Of a stretch of 64,000 nt of DNA, positions 19,332-29,342 are shown in pieces (positions within the stretch are counted from its first letter, which is position 1; each line of letters starts with the position of its first letter). A model generated the notes under the pieces. It searched no databases, was not told the DNA's origin, and was given only the letters and a program-made list of their open reading frames with translations. The position numbers and the translations under genes were made by a program. Source of the stretch: a bacterium (lineage in GTDB: Bacteria; UBA10199; 2-02-FULL-44-16; JAAZCA01); the NCBI GenBank assembly GCA_963674695.2, contig CAXXGI010000003.1:640001-704000 (forward strand), written 5' to 3'.

Positions 19332-20291
19332 TCAGCTGATGACAGACAAGGCTTCCAGGGCGGCGCCGACGATGCCGGCGCTGCCGCCGAGCTGGGCGGG
19401 CACAATGGTGAGGCGTTCCACATTCTGCGGATAGGTGTGCCAGGCGACCTCCTCGCGCGTGGCATCGATGAAGAGATCGTAGGAGATCGCGATTCCCCCG
19501 CCGATGACGAAGGTCGTGACCCCGAGCACATTGACGAGATTGGCGATACCGATACCGAGATAGCGTCCGAAGGCGTTCCAGAGCTGCAGCGCGATCTCAT
19601 CCCCCAATCGGGCCCGATCGGCCGCCACCTTCGGCGTGAGACCGTCGAGCGTAACCCCAGCACGCGTGAGAAACGCCTCGCGCTCCTTTTCCGGAAGCGC
19701 CTCGGCATGCACGCGAAAGGCCCGAGAGGCGGCATAGTTCTCCCAGCCCCCCTTCCACGGAAGCCCGCAGGAGACGCCCTCCGGCTCGACGACCATATGC
19801 CCAACCTCTCCGGCAAAACCCGCCTCGCCGTGAAATACATTTCCATTCAAAACGAGACCGCCTCCAATACCGGTCCCGAGGGTGAGCAGAACCATGTTGT
19901 GACAGCCGCGCCCCGCTCCACAGCGTTGCTCACCCAGGGCGTGCATGTTGGCATCGTTGTCGAGGATGACGGGGAGTTCTGTGGCCTGCGCAATGCGTTC
20001 CCGGATGCATTCATTCTCCCAGTCCGGAAAATTGGGGGAGAGCAGAAGCATCCCCGCATCGATATTGACGATCCCCGGGACACCGCACCCGACGGCGATG
20101 GGCGCCGGATCCGATCCATCGGCCAGCGCGCGCACCTCGCGCGCCATGAGCGCGATGACGCCATCGGCGGAACGGTCGGTGATCGCAACCGCACGTTGCG
20201 TCAAAACGTTCCCGCTGCCATCGACGAGCCCCGCCTTGAAATTGGTCGCACCGAGATCGATGCCGATCGCCCGTTTGTCCGCTGTCGACAT
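19332..20291 (-). CDS. ROK family sugar kinase (glucokinase-like)
   Basis: IGIDLGATN, LDNDANMHALGE, LTLGTGIGGG, AGEVGHM. Confidence 0.92.
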   Translation of the reverse strand: MSTADKRAIGIDLGATNFKAGLVDGSGNVLTQRAVAITDRSADGVIALMAREVRALADGSDPAPIAVGCGVPGIVNIDAGMLLLSPNFPDWENECIRERIAQATELPVILDNDANMHALGEQRCGAGRGCHNMVLLTLGTGIGGGLVLNGNVFHGEAGFAGEVGHMVVEPEGVSCGLPWKGGWENYAASRAFRVHAEALPEKEREAFLTRAGVTLDGLTPKVAADRARLGDEIALQLWNAFGRYLGIGIANLVNVLGVTTFVIGGGIAISYDLFIDATREEVAWHTYPQNVERLTIVPAQLGGSAGIVGAALEALSVIS

Positions 20292-20303
20292 GAATACCCC
20301 TCG

Positions 20304-21074
20304 TCAATGCGCGCCGGTGACAGCCGCAGCAAATATCCCCCCCGCAATCATCATCCCAAAGAGAAAGATCGCGCCACAACAGATCATCGTGGGGAGAAAG
20401 ACGGCCAGGATCGCCCGCCCATACGTCGTCTCGTGTGTCACCTTGATGCCGATGATGATCAGGACCACCTGCCAGACCCAGGCGGCGAGCGCGCCGAGGA
20501 TCGGAATGATTTGGAGCAACTGCGGGCCGGTGGCGTAGCACGACACGCGAAACGTCGAGACGAAGGGCCGTCTGGCCGCGCCCAGGAGCATGAGGCAGAG
20601 GTGATAGATGCCCGCCTGCGCCAAGAGCGCGAGCGTGGCGAAGATGGGGACGAAGACCAGGGAGAAGGCCAGGATGAGAATCAGCGCCAGCGGAAAGGAG
20701 AAGGCAAAGATCGGCGACATGCTCTTGCGAACGGCATTGCCCATCTCCACGCTCATGGCCAGCGATTGAAATCCAACCTGATACGCGGCCGCTGCCAGAA
20801 AGACGATGAAGGCCACGATCAGCGCATAGATGAGGGGGCGCTTCCAATCGGAGCGTCCCGCGACCTCACGAAAGAAGAGCTCTGGCTGCATGAAGGAACG
20901 CTTGGCCGTCTCGATGAAGGCGCCCACCCAGTTGGCACGCTCTTCCCGATCCCACGCACACCCCTCCTCCACCGGAATCTCCACGCGCACCTGACCGTTG
21001 CAGGAGGGACACGTGACGATCCCGGCGGAATCGGATTGAAACTGCTTTTGGCAATGCGGACAGGTGAAGATCAT
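20304..21074 (-). CDS. Zinc-ribbon plus YIP1-family membrane protein
   Basis: CPHC...CPSC N-terminus; P.LFFR motif followed by five TM helices (YHLCLMLLG, TFRVSCYA). Confidence 0.8.
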   Translation of the reverse strand: MIFTCPHCQKQFQSDSAGIVTCPSCNGQVRVEIPVEEGCAWDREERANWVGAFIETAKRSFMQPELFFREVAGRSDWKRPLIYALIVAFIVFLAAAAYQVGFQSLAMSVEMGNAVRKSMSPIFAFSFPLALILILAFSLVFVPIFATLALLAQAGIYHLCLMLLGAARRPFVSTFRVSCYATGPQLLQIIPILGALAAWVWQVVLIIIGIKVTHETTYGRAILAVFLPTMICCGAIFLFGMMIAGGIFAAAVTGAH

Positions 21075-21085
21075 GTTTGCCTCTG

Positions 21086-21246
21086 GTGAGATGGCGAGAT
21101 AGCTCAATAGTGAGATGGCTTAATGGCTTAATGGCTTAATGGCTTAATGGCTAAAACCAAAAGCCATCAAGCGATTCAGCCATCTCACGATCTCACTATC
21201 TCACGAATGAGCTATCTCGCTATTCAGCCATCTCACTATCTCACGA
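21086..21246. repeat. 8-nt-period imperfect palindrome (family C)
   Basis: (ATGGCTTA)x4 and GTGAGATG/GCGAGATA units on the left arm, mirrored by CATCTCAC/TATCTCAC/TATCTCGC units on the right. Confidence 0.85.
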
Positions 21247-21296
21247 GTGATTACCACACGCTGGACGCGCGGGTCAATTTATGATGAAGAGGAACC

Positions 21297-22154
21297 ATGT
21301 CAAAGATATGGAATATTCTCGCGTTGACCGTGGCCCCCTCCGATGCCGAATCGGCCAGTGCCCTCATCGCCGAACTCGACTGCAACGGCATCGAGGTCGA
21401 TGAGAGTGCGAAGGATGAACGCATTCGCCTGTTGGCCTACTTCGATCCGGCCGTCGAGGAGATCGGCACCATCGAGGGGCGCATCCGAGAGATGCTCTCT
21501 GCCTGGAAGATCCGGCCGCTGGCGCTGAGCCTCGACACCGCCGACCTCGACGACTGGCGTGAAAAGTGGCGGCAGTGGTTCCATCCCTTCGAGATCGCGC
21601 CGGGGATCATCATCGCCCCGAGTTGGGAAGCGCCGGACAATCCGAGAGAGGCCCACGTCATCACGCTCGACCCCGGCATGGCCTTCGGAACGGGCATCCA
21701 TCCGACCACGCGCCTCTGTGCTGAGGCGATCGCGACGAAGCGAGAGGAGGGCGGGATCGATTCGCTCCTCGACGTCGGCACCGGCAGCGGCATCCTCTCC
21801 CTGGTCGGTCGGGCGCTCGGCATCAGCCGCATCGCCGGCGTGGAGAACGACCCCGATGCGCTGACCGTCGCCCGCGAGAACTTTGCCATCAATGGCTGCG
21901 CCGACATCGAGACCGGATTGGATTTCACCTCGATCGATGGCACCTTCGACCTCGTCGTCGCCAATATCCTTTTGAGACCGCTCCTGGGCCTGCGCGATGC
22001 CCTGCTCGAACGGGTGGCACCCGGCGGCACCCTCATCCTCTCCGGCATCACCAACGACCAGGAGGAGGACCTCGCCGAAGCATTCGCCCCACCGTTGACG
22101 CTTGCAACGAAGACACAGCGCGAGGAGTGGAGTTGTTTGGTGTTTCATCGGTGA
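21297..22154 (+). CDS. prmA: Ribosomal protein L11 methyltransferase
   Basis: DWREKW, IAPSWE, LDPGMAFGTGIHPTTRLC, LDVGTGSGIL, FDLVVANIL. Confidence 0.95.
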   Translation: MSKIWNILALTVAPSDAESASALIAELDCNGIEVDESAKDERIRLLAYFDPAVEEIGTIEGRIREMLSAWKIRPLALSLDTADLDDWREKWRQWFHPFEIAPGIIIAPSWEAPDNPREAHVITLDPGMAFGTGIHPTTRLCAEAIATKREEGGIDSLLDVGTGSGILSLVGRALGISRIAGVENDPDALTVARENFAINGCADIETGLDFTSIDGTFDLVVANILLRPLLGLRDALLERVAPGGTLILSGITNDQEEDLAEAFAPPLTLATKTQREEWSCLVFHR

Positions 22155-22196
22155 CATCCGGGAATCACCTCGAGCGGCGCCATCGAGCGCTGACGT

Positions 22197-22267
22197 TGTC
22201 ATCCCCGCGAACGCGGGGATCTCGATCTATTATGAAAAGCGAGATTCCCGTTTTCACGGGAATGACA
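22197..22267. repeat. REP doublet (family A)
   Basis: TGTCATCCCCGCGAACGCGGGGATCTCG...CGAGATTCCCGTTTTCACGGGAATGACA. Confidence 0.85.
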
Positions 22268-22299
22268 CCTTATACATGAATGAAATCTCAGGAGAGTTC

Positions 22300-23037
22300 A
22301 TGCCGCAATTTTTTGTTGATGAAGAACTGACCGTCGGCACGGAGGTGACGCTTCGGGGAGCCGACGCGCGTCATGTGGCGAGCTCGCTGCGACTCGTCGC
22401 CGGCGATTGGATCGTCCTGGCCGATGCCACGGGGCGACAGTTTCGCACGACGATTATCGCCGCCACCCCCTCGAGCGTCTGCGTGCAGGTCGATCATCTG
22501 CTCCCCGCACGCAAGGGCCCGTCGCCCCCGATCCTCGCCCTGGCGATTATCAAGGCCGACCGATTCGAGTGGGCGCTCCAGAAAGTCGTCGAACTCGGCT
22601 GCCGGCGCATCCTCCCCTTCACGTCACAGCGGACTTCCGCGGTCGTCCCCGATACGCGCAAGCTGGCGCGCTGGCAGCGCATCGCCGTCGAAGCGGCCAA
22701 GCAGTCGGGGCTCCCCGTGCCGCCGACCATCGAGGCGACGATCGATTTCGACACCCTCTGCGAACGAGGAGGAGCACGCGACCGAGCCATCCTCTTCTAT
22801 GAAGGCGAGCAGACGCGCGGACTCAAGGAGATCCTCACCGATGCGTGCGATGAACCAGCGGGCGAGGCCCTCATCATCGTCGGACCGGAGGGCGGCTTCA
22901 CGCCCGAAGAGGTCGATCGGGCGCATGAGGCGGAGATCATCACCGTAGGACTCGGCCCCCAGATCCTGCGCGTGGAGACGGCCGCCATCGCCGCCATGGC
23001 GATCTGGCAGTATGCGACGGGGAATATGAATCCGTAA
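22300..23037 (+). CDS. rsmE: 16S rRNA (uracil-1498-N3) methyltransferase
   Basis: HVASSLRL, QKVVELG, EAAKQSG, IVGPEGGFT, LGPQILRVETAA; AGGAG RBS before ATG 22300. Confidence 0.95.
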   Translation: MPQFFVDEELTVGTEVTLRGADARHVASSLRLVAGDWIVLADATGRQFRTTIIAATPSSVCVQVDHLLPARKGPSPPILALAIIKADRFEWALQKVVELGCRRILPFTSQRTSAVVPDTRKLARWQRIAVEAAKQSGLPVPPTIEATIDFDTLCERGGARDRAILFYEGEQTRGLKEILTDACDEPAGEALIIVGPEGGFTPEEVDRAHEAEIITVGLGPQILRVETAAIAAMAIWQYATGNMNP

Positions 23038-23087
23038 TCATCGCCTCCTGCAAAATCGACATCCCCCTCTATGCGTGCTATACGACC

Positions 23088-23885
23088 ATGCGTATGGATA
23101 AACTCAATTTTACCTCCCTCACCGATGTCTCGCTTCCCCGGCGGGTTCCGCTGATCATCGCCCACCGCGGCGCCTGTCGCGAAGCGCCGGAAAATACGCT
23201 GCCGGCCCTCGAGCGCGCGCTCGCCATCGGAGCCGACGGCGTCGAGATCGACGTCATGCTGACGGGCGATCGCGTTCCCGTGCTCAGCCACAACGACGAC
23301 CTCTCACGCCTCACCCACTATCGCGGCTATCTTCATCAAACGCCATTCGCCACGGTTCATGCACTCGACGTCGGCAGCCACTTCAGCACGGCGACCGCCG
23401 GGATCACCATGCCGACGCTCACCGAGGCGCTCGAACTCCTCTGTCGCCACGAGATCCTCACCATCATCGAGATCAAGGCGCAGCCCGGCCTCATCGCCAG
23501 CGCCGCCGAACTCATCGGCGGCATCCTCGCCGACTTTCGCTTTCGCGGAGGGGTGATGCTCTCCTCCTCGAACGTACGCTTGCTCATGCAGCTCAAAAAA
23601 CGCCATCCACAACTGGCGCGCGCCCTCATCTTCAAGCGCCGGGCTTTTTCCTTTTGCCGTACGCGCCTTTTTGCTAAATTGACCGGGTTTACAGCCCTGC
23701 ATCCATCGGTGCGCACGCTGACGCCGGGGCTGGTGTCGCATATGCGTCGACGGGAATGCGCCGTGCACGCCTGGACCGCCAACACACCGGCCGAGCTGGA
23801 CCGATGCATGGCCATGGACGTCGATGGCATCATCACCGACGACGTCCCCTTCGCCCGGCGCTATTGCCGGGGAAACCCTGACTAA
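23088..23885 (+). CDS. Glycerophosphodiester phosphodiesterase family protein
   Basis: IIAHRGA..APENTL, GADGVEIDV, HNDDL, EIK, VHAWTAN, VDGIITD. Confidence 0.92.
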   Translation: MRMDKLNFTSLTDVSLPRRVPLIIAHRGACREAPENTLPALERALAIGADGVEIDVMLTGDRVPVLSHNDDLSRLTHYRGYLHQTPFATVHALDVGSHFSTATAGITMPTLTEALELLCRHEILTIIEIKAQPGLIASAAELIGGILADFRFRGGVMLSSSNVRLLMQLKKRHPQLARALIFKRRAFSFCRTRLFAKLTGFTALHPSVRTLTPGLVSHMRRRECAVHAWTANTPAELDRCMAMDVDGIITDDVPFARRYCRGNPD

Positions 23886-23900
23886 CGCGAGGTCACGATC

Positions 23901-25601
23901 ATGGCAGATGAACGCAGACCCATCGATTCCACCGATCTGATCGACGTCGGAGACATCGACCAGATCTTCGACGAAGACATTTCCGCCACGCAGATGGATG
24001 ACTCGCCTCCCCGACTCGGCGGGGGCATGCAGGAGGCGGAACGATCCGGCCCCATGATCGCGAGCCTGCGCGATCGTTTCGTAGCGCTGCTCATCGATGC
24101 GACCTTTCTCTATGTCCTCTACTGGGGACTCATGCTCGTCTATCGCGTGATCGCCTTCGGCGTCGCCGCCGGTCCCATTCCCGCTGCCGGCATGAGCGGC
24201 CTGATCTTCAACGGCATCTTCCTGCTCCTGGCCCTGCTCTGGTTCGTACTGCCGGAATTCATCTTTTCGGCGAGCATCGGCAAACTCTTCTGTCGACTCT
24301 CGATCCGCAGCGTGGACGGCTCGCCCCCTTCGTTTCTCTCCGCACTCATCCGCAACCTCCTGCGCCCGATCGATCTGCTCCTCTTTCCGATCCTGATCGT
24401 TGCGGCGATGATGGAATGGTCTTCATGGCACCGACGCATTGGCGATCTGCTCGGTGGCACGATCGTGTTGCGCACGCTCACGCGAGCGCCGCGCCAATAT
24501 GCCCTCTCGCTCGACATCATCGCCAGCACCTGTCGGCGCACGCTCGCCTTTCTCGTCGATCTCGCGCTCTTCGCTGCCTTTGCCGGCGGCCTGGCGCTGC
24601 TGCTCAACCCGGAGGAGCCGCTGGTCAGCATGCTGCTCCTGGTGCTCGCGCCGATCGCCCTGGGCCTCTTTTTCATCATGCCGGAGTGGTTCACCAAGAC
24701 CAGCCCCGGAAAATGGCTCTTCGGGCTGGCCGTCTGCCATGAGGACGGCACCGCCGTCGATCTGCCCGGCGCGACGGTTCGAACCATCTGGCGCATCATC
24801 GACACCAACCCCTTCGGATTCCTCACGAGCCTGTTCGGCCAGCGCAAACAACGACCGGGCGATTCCGCCGCGGGAACCGTGGTCGTACGCGTCCCGCGGG
24901 AATGGCGCGGGCTCGTCGGCCTGGCCGGCATCATCCTCATCTCCTTGGCCATCGCCTCAGCGGGCCTGCAGAACCGAGACAGCCTCCTCTCCTCCGATTT
25001 CGAGGTCAACTTCCTCCCCTCGATCGACATCCGTGGCATGCAGGCACGGAAGGCCCCCAGCGGCCCGGCGCACCTGGTGATCAAGAACTTCAGCTTTGCC
25101 GTCGGCAATCCCGATTCCCCCCGGCGCCCCTCCATCTTTCAACCGGGCGAGATGCTCTATCTGGTCTTTGATGTGAACGGCTTCTCCCGTGAACAGACCC
25201 AGGTCTGGCTGCAGGAGGATCTCTCGATCCGCTATCCGGACAATTCGGTCGGCCTCAAGCTGGAAAATGTGAATGATTTCAGGAAGGATCTGGATCAACC
25301 TGGCATGATTCGCTTTGAAAACAACATCTCGCTCCCGAAAAACGCGCAGACCGGGCGATATACCGTAACGATCACGATCCGGGATAAGCTCTCTCGGCGC
25401 GAGCTGAAGGAACAGCGCTTCTTCTATATCACGCCCCAGACAGCAACTGGCGCTAAAGCTGATACTTTACAGGGCGATAGCAAGGACACCTCAACCACAA
25501 CAGAAGGGGATGATCGAGAAGGTTCTGATATTGAAGAGGAAGATGTTGAGGATAGCGGTCCTGTAAGCCCCTTTGCCACCCCAGAAGAATTAGACGAATA
25601 A
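23901..25601 (+). CDS. Tandem RDD-domain membrane protein with a C-terminal extracytoplasmic Ig-like domain
   Basis: Two R..A..[IV]D / S.GK / R.GD..[AG]GT.V units; C-terminal beta-rich domain ending GRYTVTITIRD; acidic termini. Confidence 0.85.
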   Translation: MADERRPIDSTDLIDVGDIDQIFDEDISATQMDDSPPRLGGGMQEAERSGPMIASLRDRFVALLIDATFLYVLYWGLMLVYRVIAFGVAAGPIPAAGMSGLIFNGIFLLLALLWFVLPEFIFSASIGKLFCRLSIRSVDGSPPSFLSALIRNLLRPIDLLLFPILIVAAMMEWSSWHRRIGDLLGGTIVLRTLTRAPRQYALSLDIIASTCRRTLAFLVDLALFAAFAGGLALLLNPEEPLVSMLLLVLAPIALGLFFIMPEWFTKTSPGKWLFGLAVCHEDGTAVDLPGATVRTIWRIIDTNPFGFLTSLFGQRKQRPGDSAAGTVVVRVPREWRGLVGLAGIILISLAIASAGLQNRDSLLSSDFEVNFLPSIDIRGMQARKAPSGPAHLVIKNFSFAVGNPDSPRRPSIFQPGEMLYLVFDVNGFSREQTQVWLQEDLSIRYPDNSVGLKLENVNDFRKDLDQPGMIRFENNISLPKNAQTGRYTVTITIRDKLSRRELKEQRFFYITPQTATGAKADTLQGDSKDTSTTTEGDDREGSDIEEEDVEDSGPVSPFATPEELDE

Positions 25602-25614
25602 TATCGTCGCTCCG

Positions 25615-25644
25615 CGCAACTTCACCCCCCCTGCCTGCCGATAG
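25615..25644 (+). promoter_or_regulatory. Putative sigma-28 (FliA/WhiG)-like promoter
   Basis: CGCAACTTCA-N12-GCCGATAG; the same motif and spacing occur at 57055-57084 (minus). Confidence 0.65.
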
Positions 25645-25668
25645 TATCTATGTAAGGGGGCGTGTATT

Positions 25669-26391
25669 ATGAAGACGTCAAAACCAGACAGAGCAGCCGA
25701 TCCGGCTCAGGCCGAGGCGATCGTATCGCGGTATAACCGCTACGTCGAGTACCGCAAAACGGCCAAAAAGACGAATGAGACCTTCTCTTCAGAGCTCAAT
25801 CGTGTTGCCGAAAAACCAAAGCGTGGGCGCAGAGAGACCCTCCGCCAAGCCGATGAGTCCTCCAACCGCAGCGTCGAACCCGCTCAACTCCGCCCAGCGC
25901 CGCGCCTGGCTCGCGGACGCAAGATCACGAACACGCAGGCCAAGCGGCTCGCCCATCTCGCGCCGACAATCGAACAAGCGGCTCGCCGTCACAACGTGCC
26001 GGTCGAGCTGATCTGTGGCGTCATCCTACAGGAATCAGGTGGAAATAGCCGCGCTGTCTCCCATTGCGGAGCACGGGGCCTGATGCAACTCATGCCGGGA
26101 ACGGCAAAGCGCTTCGGCGTCAAAAACTCCTTCGATCCCGCCCAGAACGTCGAGGGCGGCACGAAATATCTCCGCTGGCTCCTGGACCGCTTCGACGGCG
26201 ATATCGAGCTGGCGCTGGCGGGCTACAATTCCGGCGAACATAATGTGGAAAAGTACGGCAACAAGATCCCGCCGTTCAAGGAGACGCAGAACTACGTCCC
26301 GAGCGTCCTCTCCTATACCCAATCGATGATCGACATCTTCACCGTGAAACTCCAGCACGCCTCCCTGCCCGGATATGCCCGCAAGGCCTGA
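25669..26391 (+). CDS. Lytic transglycosylase (SLT domain) without an evident signal peptide
   Basis: [58 protein letters not shown]. Confidence 0.93.
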   Translation: MKTSKPDRAADPAQAEAIVSRYNRYVEYRKTAKKTNETFSSELNRVAEKPKRGRRETLRQADESSNRSVEPAQLRPAPRLARGRKITNTQAKRLAHLAPTIEQAARRHNVPVELICGVILQESGGNSRAVSHCGARGLMQLMPGTAKRFGVKNSFDPAQNVEGGTKYLRWLLDRFDGDIELALAGYNSGEHNVEKYGNKIPPFKETQNYVPSVLSYTQSMIDIFTVKLQHASLPGYARKA

Positions 26392-26514
26392 GTGGCATTA
26401 TTTGCACAATAAAATCACATATCTTATCCGCCTACGGCTTGACCGGAGTATCCCTTAAATCAACCGAGATTGCCCGATCAAGTCGGGCAATGACAGGAAA
26501 ACACCTTTTCCCCC

Positions 26515-26543
26515 TTGACCCTCACGTTAGCGTTAGGTATAAA
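26515..26543 (+). promoter_or_regulatory. Sigma-70 promoter with a MerR-type operator palindrome in the spacer
   Basis: TTGACC followed by the imperfect dyad CCTCACG-TTAG-CGTTAGG, then TATAAA (17 nt spacer) or TAAAGG (19 nt spacer). Confidence 0.7.
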
Positions 26544-26549
26544 GGTGGT

Positions 26550-27047
26550 ATGGATAGTAAGTTAAACACTTACCGTATCGGCGACATCGCTCAGACGCTG
26601 GGGATCTCGCAGCGCACGCTGCGCTATTATGAGGAGCTCGGCTTTCTCACGCCCTCGCGCAGCGGTGGCGGCTTTCGGCTCTACTCTCAGCGCGATGTCA
26701 ATCTGCTGCGCATGATCCTGCGCTTCAAGGACCTGGGACTCTCCCTCGATCAGATCCGCACGCTGACCAAGCCTGAAACGCTCACTTCGGGAAGCGAGGC
26801 GGTGGACCATCTGCGCACCGCCCTTCAGGAGCGCCGCGCTGAGTTTCGGGAAAAGCTGCAAAAATATCGCGAAGGCATCGAACAGATCGAACAGGTCCTG
26901 CACATCCTCTCCGACTGCGCCACCTGCGGTTCCCCGATGCGCCGCGGTCGCTGTGAGGATTGTCTGCATCACCATGGGGCGGAGATCTCACCGCTGCTGG
27001 CGCCGCTGCTCAATGATGAGGAAAACACCGCGCCGGAAACACCCTGA
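26550..27047 (+). CDS. MerR-family transcriptional regulator with C-terminal CxxC...CxxC-LHHH
   Basis: YRIGDIA..LGISQRTLRYYEELG..P.RSGGGFRLY, LGLSLDQIR; CATC and CEDC. Confidence 0.92.
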   Translation: MDSKLNTYRIGDIAQTLGISQRTLRYYEELGFLTPSRSGGGFRLYSQRDVNLLRMILRFKDLGLSLDQIRTLTKPETLTSGSEAVDHLRTALQERRAEFREKLQKYREGIEQIEQVLHILSDCATCGSPMRRGRCEDCLHHHGAEISPLLAPLLNDEENTAPETP

Positions 27048-27074
27048 TGCGATCCCGGCGCATGCGAGGTCATT

Positions 27075-27938
27075 ATGTGGAACTATTCTGATAACGTGGT
27101 CGATCACTTCCTCCATCCCCGCAACGTGGGGGAAATCGAAAACCCCGATGGCGTGGGTGAAGTCGGTTCGATGGCTTGCGGCGACATGCTGCACCTCTCC
27201 TTCAAACTGGACGACGAGGGCCGCATCAGTGATGCAAAGTTCAAGACCTTCGGCTGCGCCTCGGCCATCGCCTCGAGCTCAGCGCTCACCGAGATGATCA
27301 AGGGTAAGACGATTGAAGAGGCGCTGACCATCACCAATCGAGACATCGCCGATTACCTGGGCGGACTGCCCGATCAGAAGATGCACTGCTCGGTCCTCGG
27401 GCGTGAAGCGCTCGAAGCGGCGGTGCGCAACTATCGGGGTGAAGAGGAAGACGTAAAGCAACTCGAGGGCGAGGTGGTCTGCACCTGCTTCGGCGTCACC
27501 GATACCGAAATCCGAGACGTCGTCCGCGAAAACAACCTCACGACTATCGAAGAGGTGACGAACTTCACCAAGGCCGGCGGCGGATGCGGCCTCTGTCACG
27601 AAAAGATCCAGGAGATCCTGGACGAAGCCGGCGCTTCGAATGCGTTGCCGGCGAAGCATTCAACGGGCGCATCCAAAGCGAGCTCCGCCCATGAATTGAC
27701 CAATCTCCAGAAGATCCACCTGATCGAAGAGGTCATCAACGAGCGCATCCGTCCCGCGCTCCAGCACGATGGCGGCGACATCGAGCTGGTCGACGTCAAC
27801 CAGAACATCGTGACGGTCCGACTCAAAGGCGCCTGCGCGACCTGCCCCTCTTCATCGGTGACCATGCGGCAGTTCGTGGAGAAGGAGATCGACAAACTCG
27901 TCGCGCCGGACATCCGGGTCGAGGAGGCGCACGCGTGA
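27075..27938 (+). CDS. nifU: Fe-S cluster scaffold NifU (IscU + BFD-like + Nfu domains)
   Basis: GSMACGD, FKTFGCASA, KMHCS; VCTCF...GGGCGLC; DGGDIEL..GACATC. Confidence 0.95.
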   Translation: MWNYSDNVVDHFLHPRNVGEIENPDGVGEVGSMACGDMLHLSFKLDDEGRISDAKFKTFGCASAIASSSALTEMIKGKTIEEALTITNRDIADYLGGLPDQKMHCSVLGREALEAAVRNYRGEEEDVKQLEGEVVCTCFGVTDTEIRDVVRENNLTTIEEVTNFTKAGGGCGLCHEKIQEILDEAGASNALPAKHSTGASKASSAHELTNLQKIHLIEEVINERIRPALQHDGGDIELVDVNQNIVTVRLKGACATCPSSSVTMRQFVEKEIDKLVAPDIRVEEAHA

Positions 27939-29086
27939 GAGCCGTCTATGTCGACAACAACGCCACCACCCGCGTGGCACCCGAAGTGATCGAGGCGATG
28001 CTCCCGTATCTGGCCGAACAGTGGGGAAACCCCTCGAGCATGCACACCTTCGGCGGGCAGGTCATGCACGCGGTGGATGCCGCGCGCGAAGCCACGGCTG
28101 CGCTCATCGGAGCCGAACCGCGCGAAATCATCTTCATGAGCTGCGGCACCGAGGCCGACAACACGGTGATCCATTCCGCACTCGCCGCCGCACCGAACAA
28201 GAGCCGCATCATCACCACAGCGGTGGAACACCCGGCCGTGCTCAATCCGATGAAGGAGCTTCAGAAAAAGGGATATGATGTCGTCTTCCTCCCCGTCGAT
28301 ACTGAGGGGCGACTGAACCTGCACGAACTGGAAGACGCGCTCGACGCGAATACGGCACTCGTCTCGGTGATGTGGGGGAACAACGAAACCGGCGTGCTCT
28401 TCCCGATCGAGCGCATCGCCGAGCTCTGTGCCATGCGGCACATCCCGCTACACGTCGATGCCGTCCAAGCGGTCGGCAAGATTCCGATCGACCTCGCCCG
28501 CGTCCCCATCACGTACCTGGCGCTGTCCGGGCACAAGCTGCACGCCCCCAAGGGGGTGGGCGCCCTCTTCGTCCGCAAGGGCACGCCCTTCACACCGCTC
28601 ATCAGCGGCGGCCATCAGGAACGCGGCCGACGCGGCGGAACGGAGAACGTCGCCTCCATCGTCGGACTGGGTCGTGCCTGCACGCTGGCGGGCGAACATC
28701 TGGATGAAGAACAGACCCGTGTGGCCGCCCTGCGCGACCGGCTCGAGCACGAGATCCTGACGACCATCCCCCGTGCCTTTCGGCAGGGCGATCCCGCCAT
28801 GCGCCTGCCCAACACGACCAACATCGGCTTCGAGGCGATCGAGGGCGAGGCAATCCTGCTCCTCCTGAACGAATACGGCATCTGTGCCTCGTCGGGGAGT
28901 GCGTGCACCTCCGGCTCGCTCGATCCATCGCATGTCCTCGTGGCCATGGGCATCCCCTTCACCCGCGCCCACGGCTCGATCCGGTTTTCCTTGTCGCGCT
29001 ACAATACGGACGCGGATGTCGACTTCATCCTCGAGAAGCTCCCCGGCATCATCGCTCGCCTGCGCGAACTCTCCCCGGTGCCTTGA
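27935..29086 (+). CDS. nifS: Cysteine desulfurase NifS
   Basis: YVDNNATT, GNPSS, NNETG, HVDAVQ, SGHKLHAPKG, SSGSACTSG; GTG start overlaps the nifU stop. Confidence 0.95.
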   Translation: MRAVYVDNNATTRVAPEVIEAMLPYLAEQWGNPSSMHTFGGQVMHAVDAAREATAALIGAEPREIIFMSCGTEADNTVIHSALAAAPNKSRIITTAVEHPAVLNPMKELQKKGYDVVFLPVDTEGRLNLHELEDALDANTALVSVMWGNNETGVLFPIERIAELCAMRHIPLHVDAVQAVGKIPIDLARVPITYLALSGHKLHAPKGVGALFVRKGTPFTPLISGGHQERGRRGGTENVASIVGLGRACTLAGEHLDEEQTRVAALRDRLEHEILTTIPRAFRQGDPAMRLPNTTNIGFEAIEGEAILLLLNEYGICASSGSACTSGSLDPSHVLVAMGIPFTRAHGSIRFSLSRYNTDADVDFILEKLPGIIARLRELSPVP

Positions 29087-29236
29087 GTGACGACCGTTCA
29101 CTTCGTTCCCTTGGGCGATAGACGACCGCGAGCGCTGCTCGCTGGGACGAGGGACGCAAAAACACCTTCGTCCGAGATCCCGGAGGGATCGATCGTCCTT
29201 CGTCTCAGCGAACGGTGTTCGCGATCGTCCTTCGTA
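29087..29236. repeat. Degenerate GACGA/TCGTC palindromic repeat region (family D)
   Basis: GACGACCG x2 and GGACGAGGGACG, mirrored by TTCGTCC and GATCGTCCTTCGT x2. Confidence 0.5.
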
Positions 29237-29342
29237 AACGGCGGTCTTTTCCCTTGACGCGATACCCTCGGATCATATAGAGTGCCGCGGCTTTACAGAC
29301 AAAACAAATTATCATTTTAAATCAACCAGTTGCGAGTACTCC

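Noticed and set aside
26393-26406. TGGCATTATTTGCA as a sigma-54 promoter for merR-nifUS
   Set aside because: Spacing is GG-N8-GC rather than the required N10.
27075-29086. nifU/nifS as evidence of nitrogen fixation
   Set aside because: No nifHDK/ENB here; NIF-type Fe-S systems serve housekeeping roles in many non-diazotrophs.
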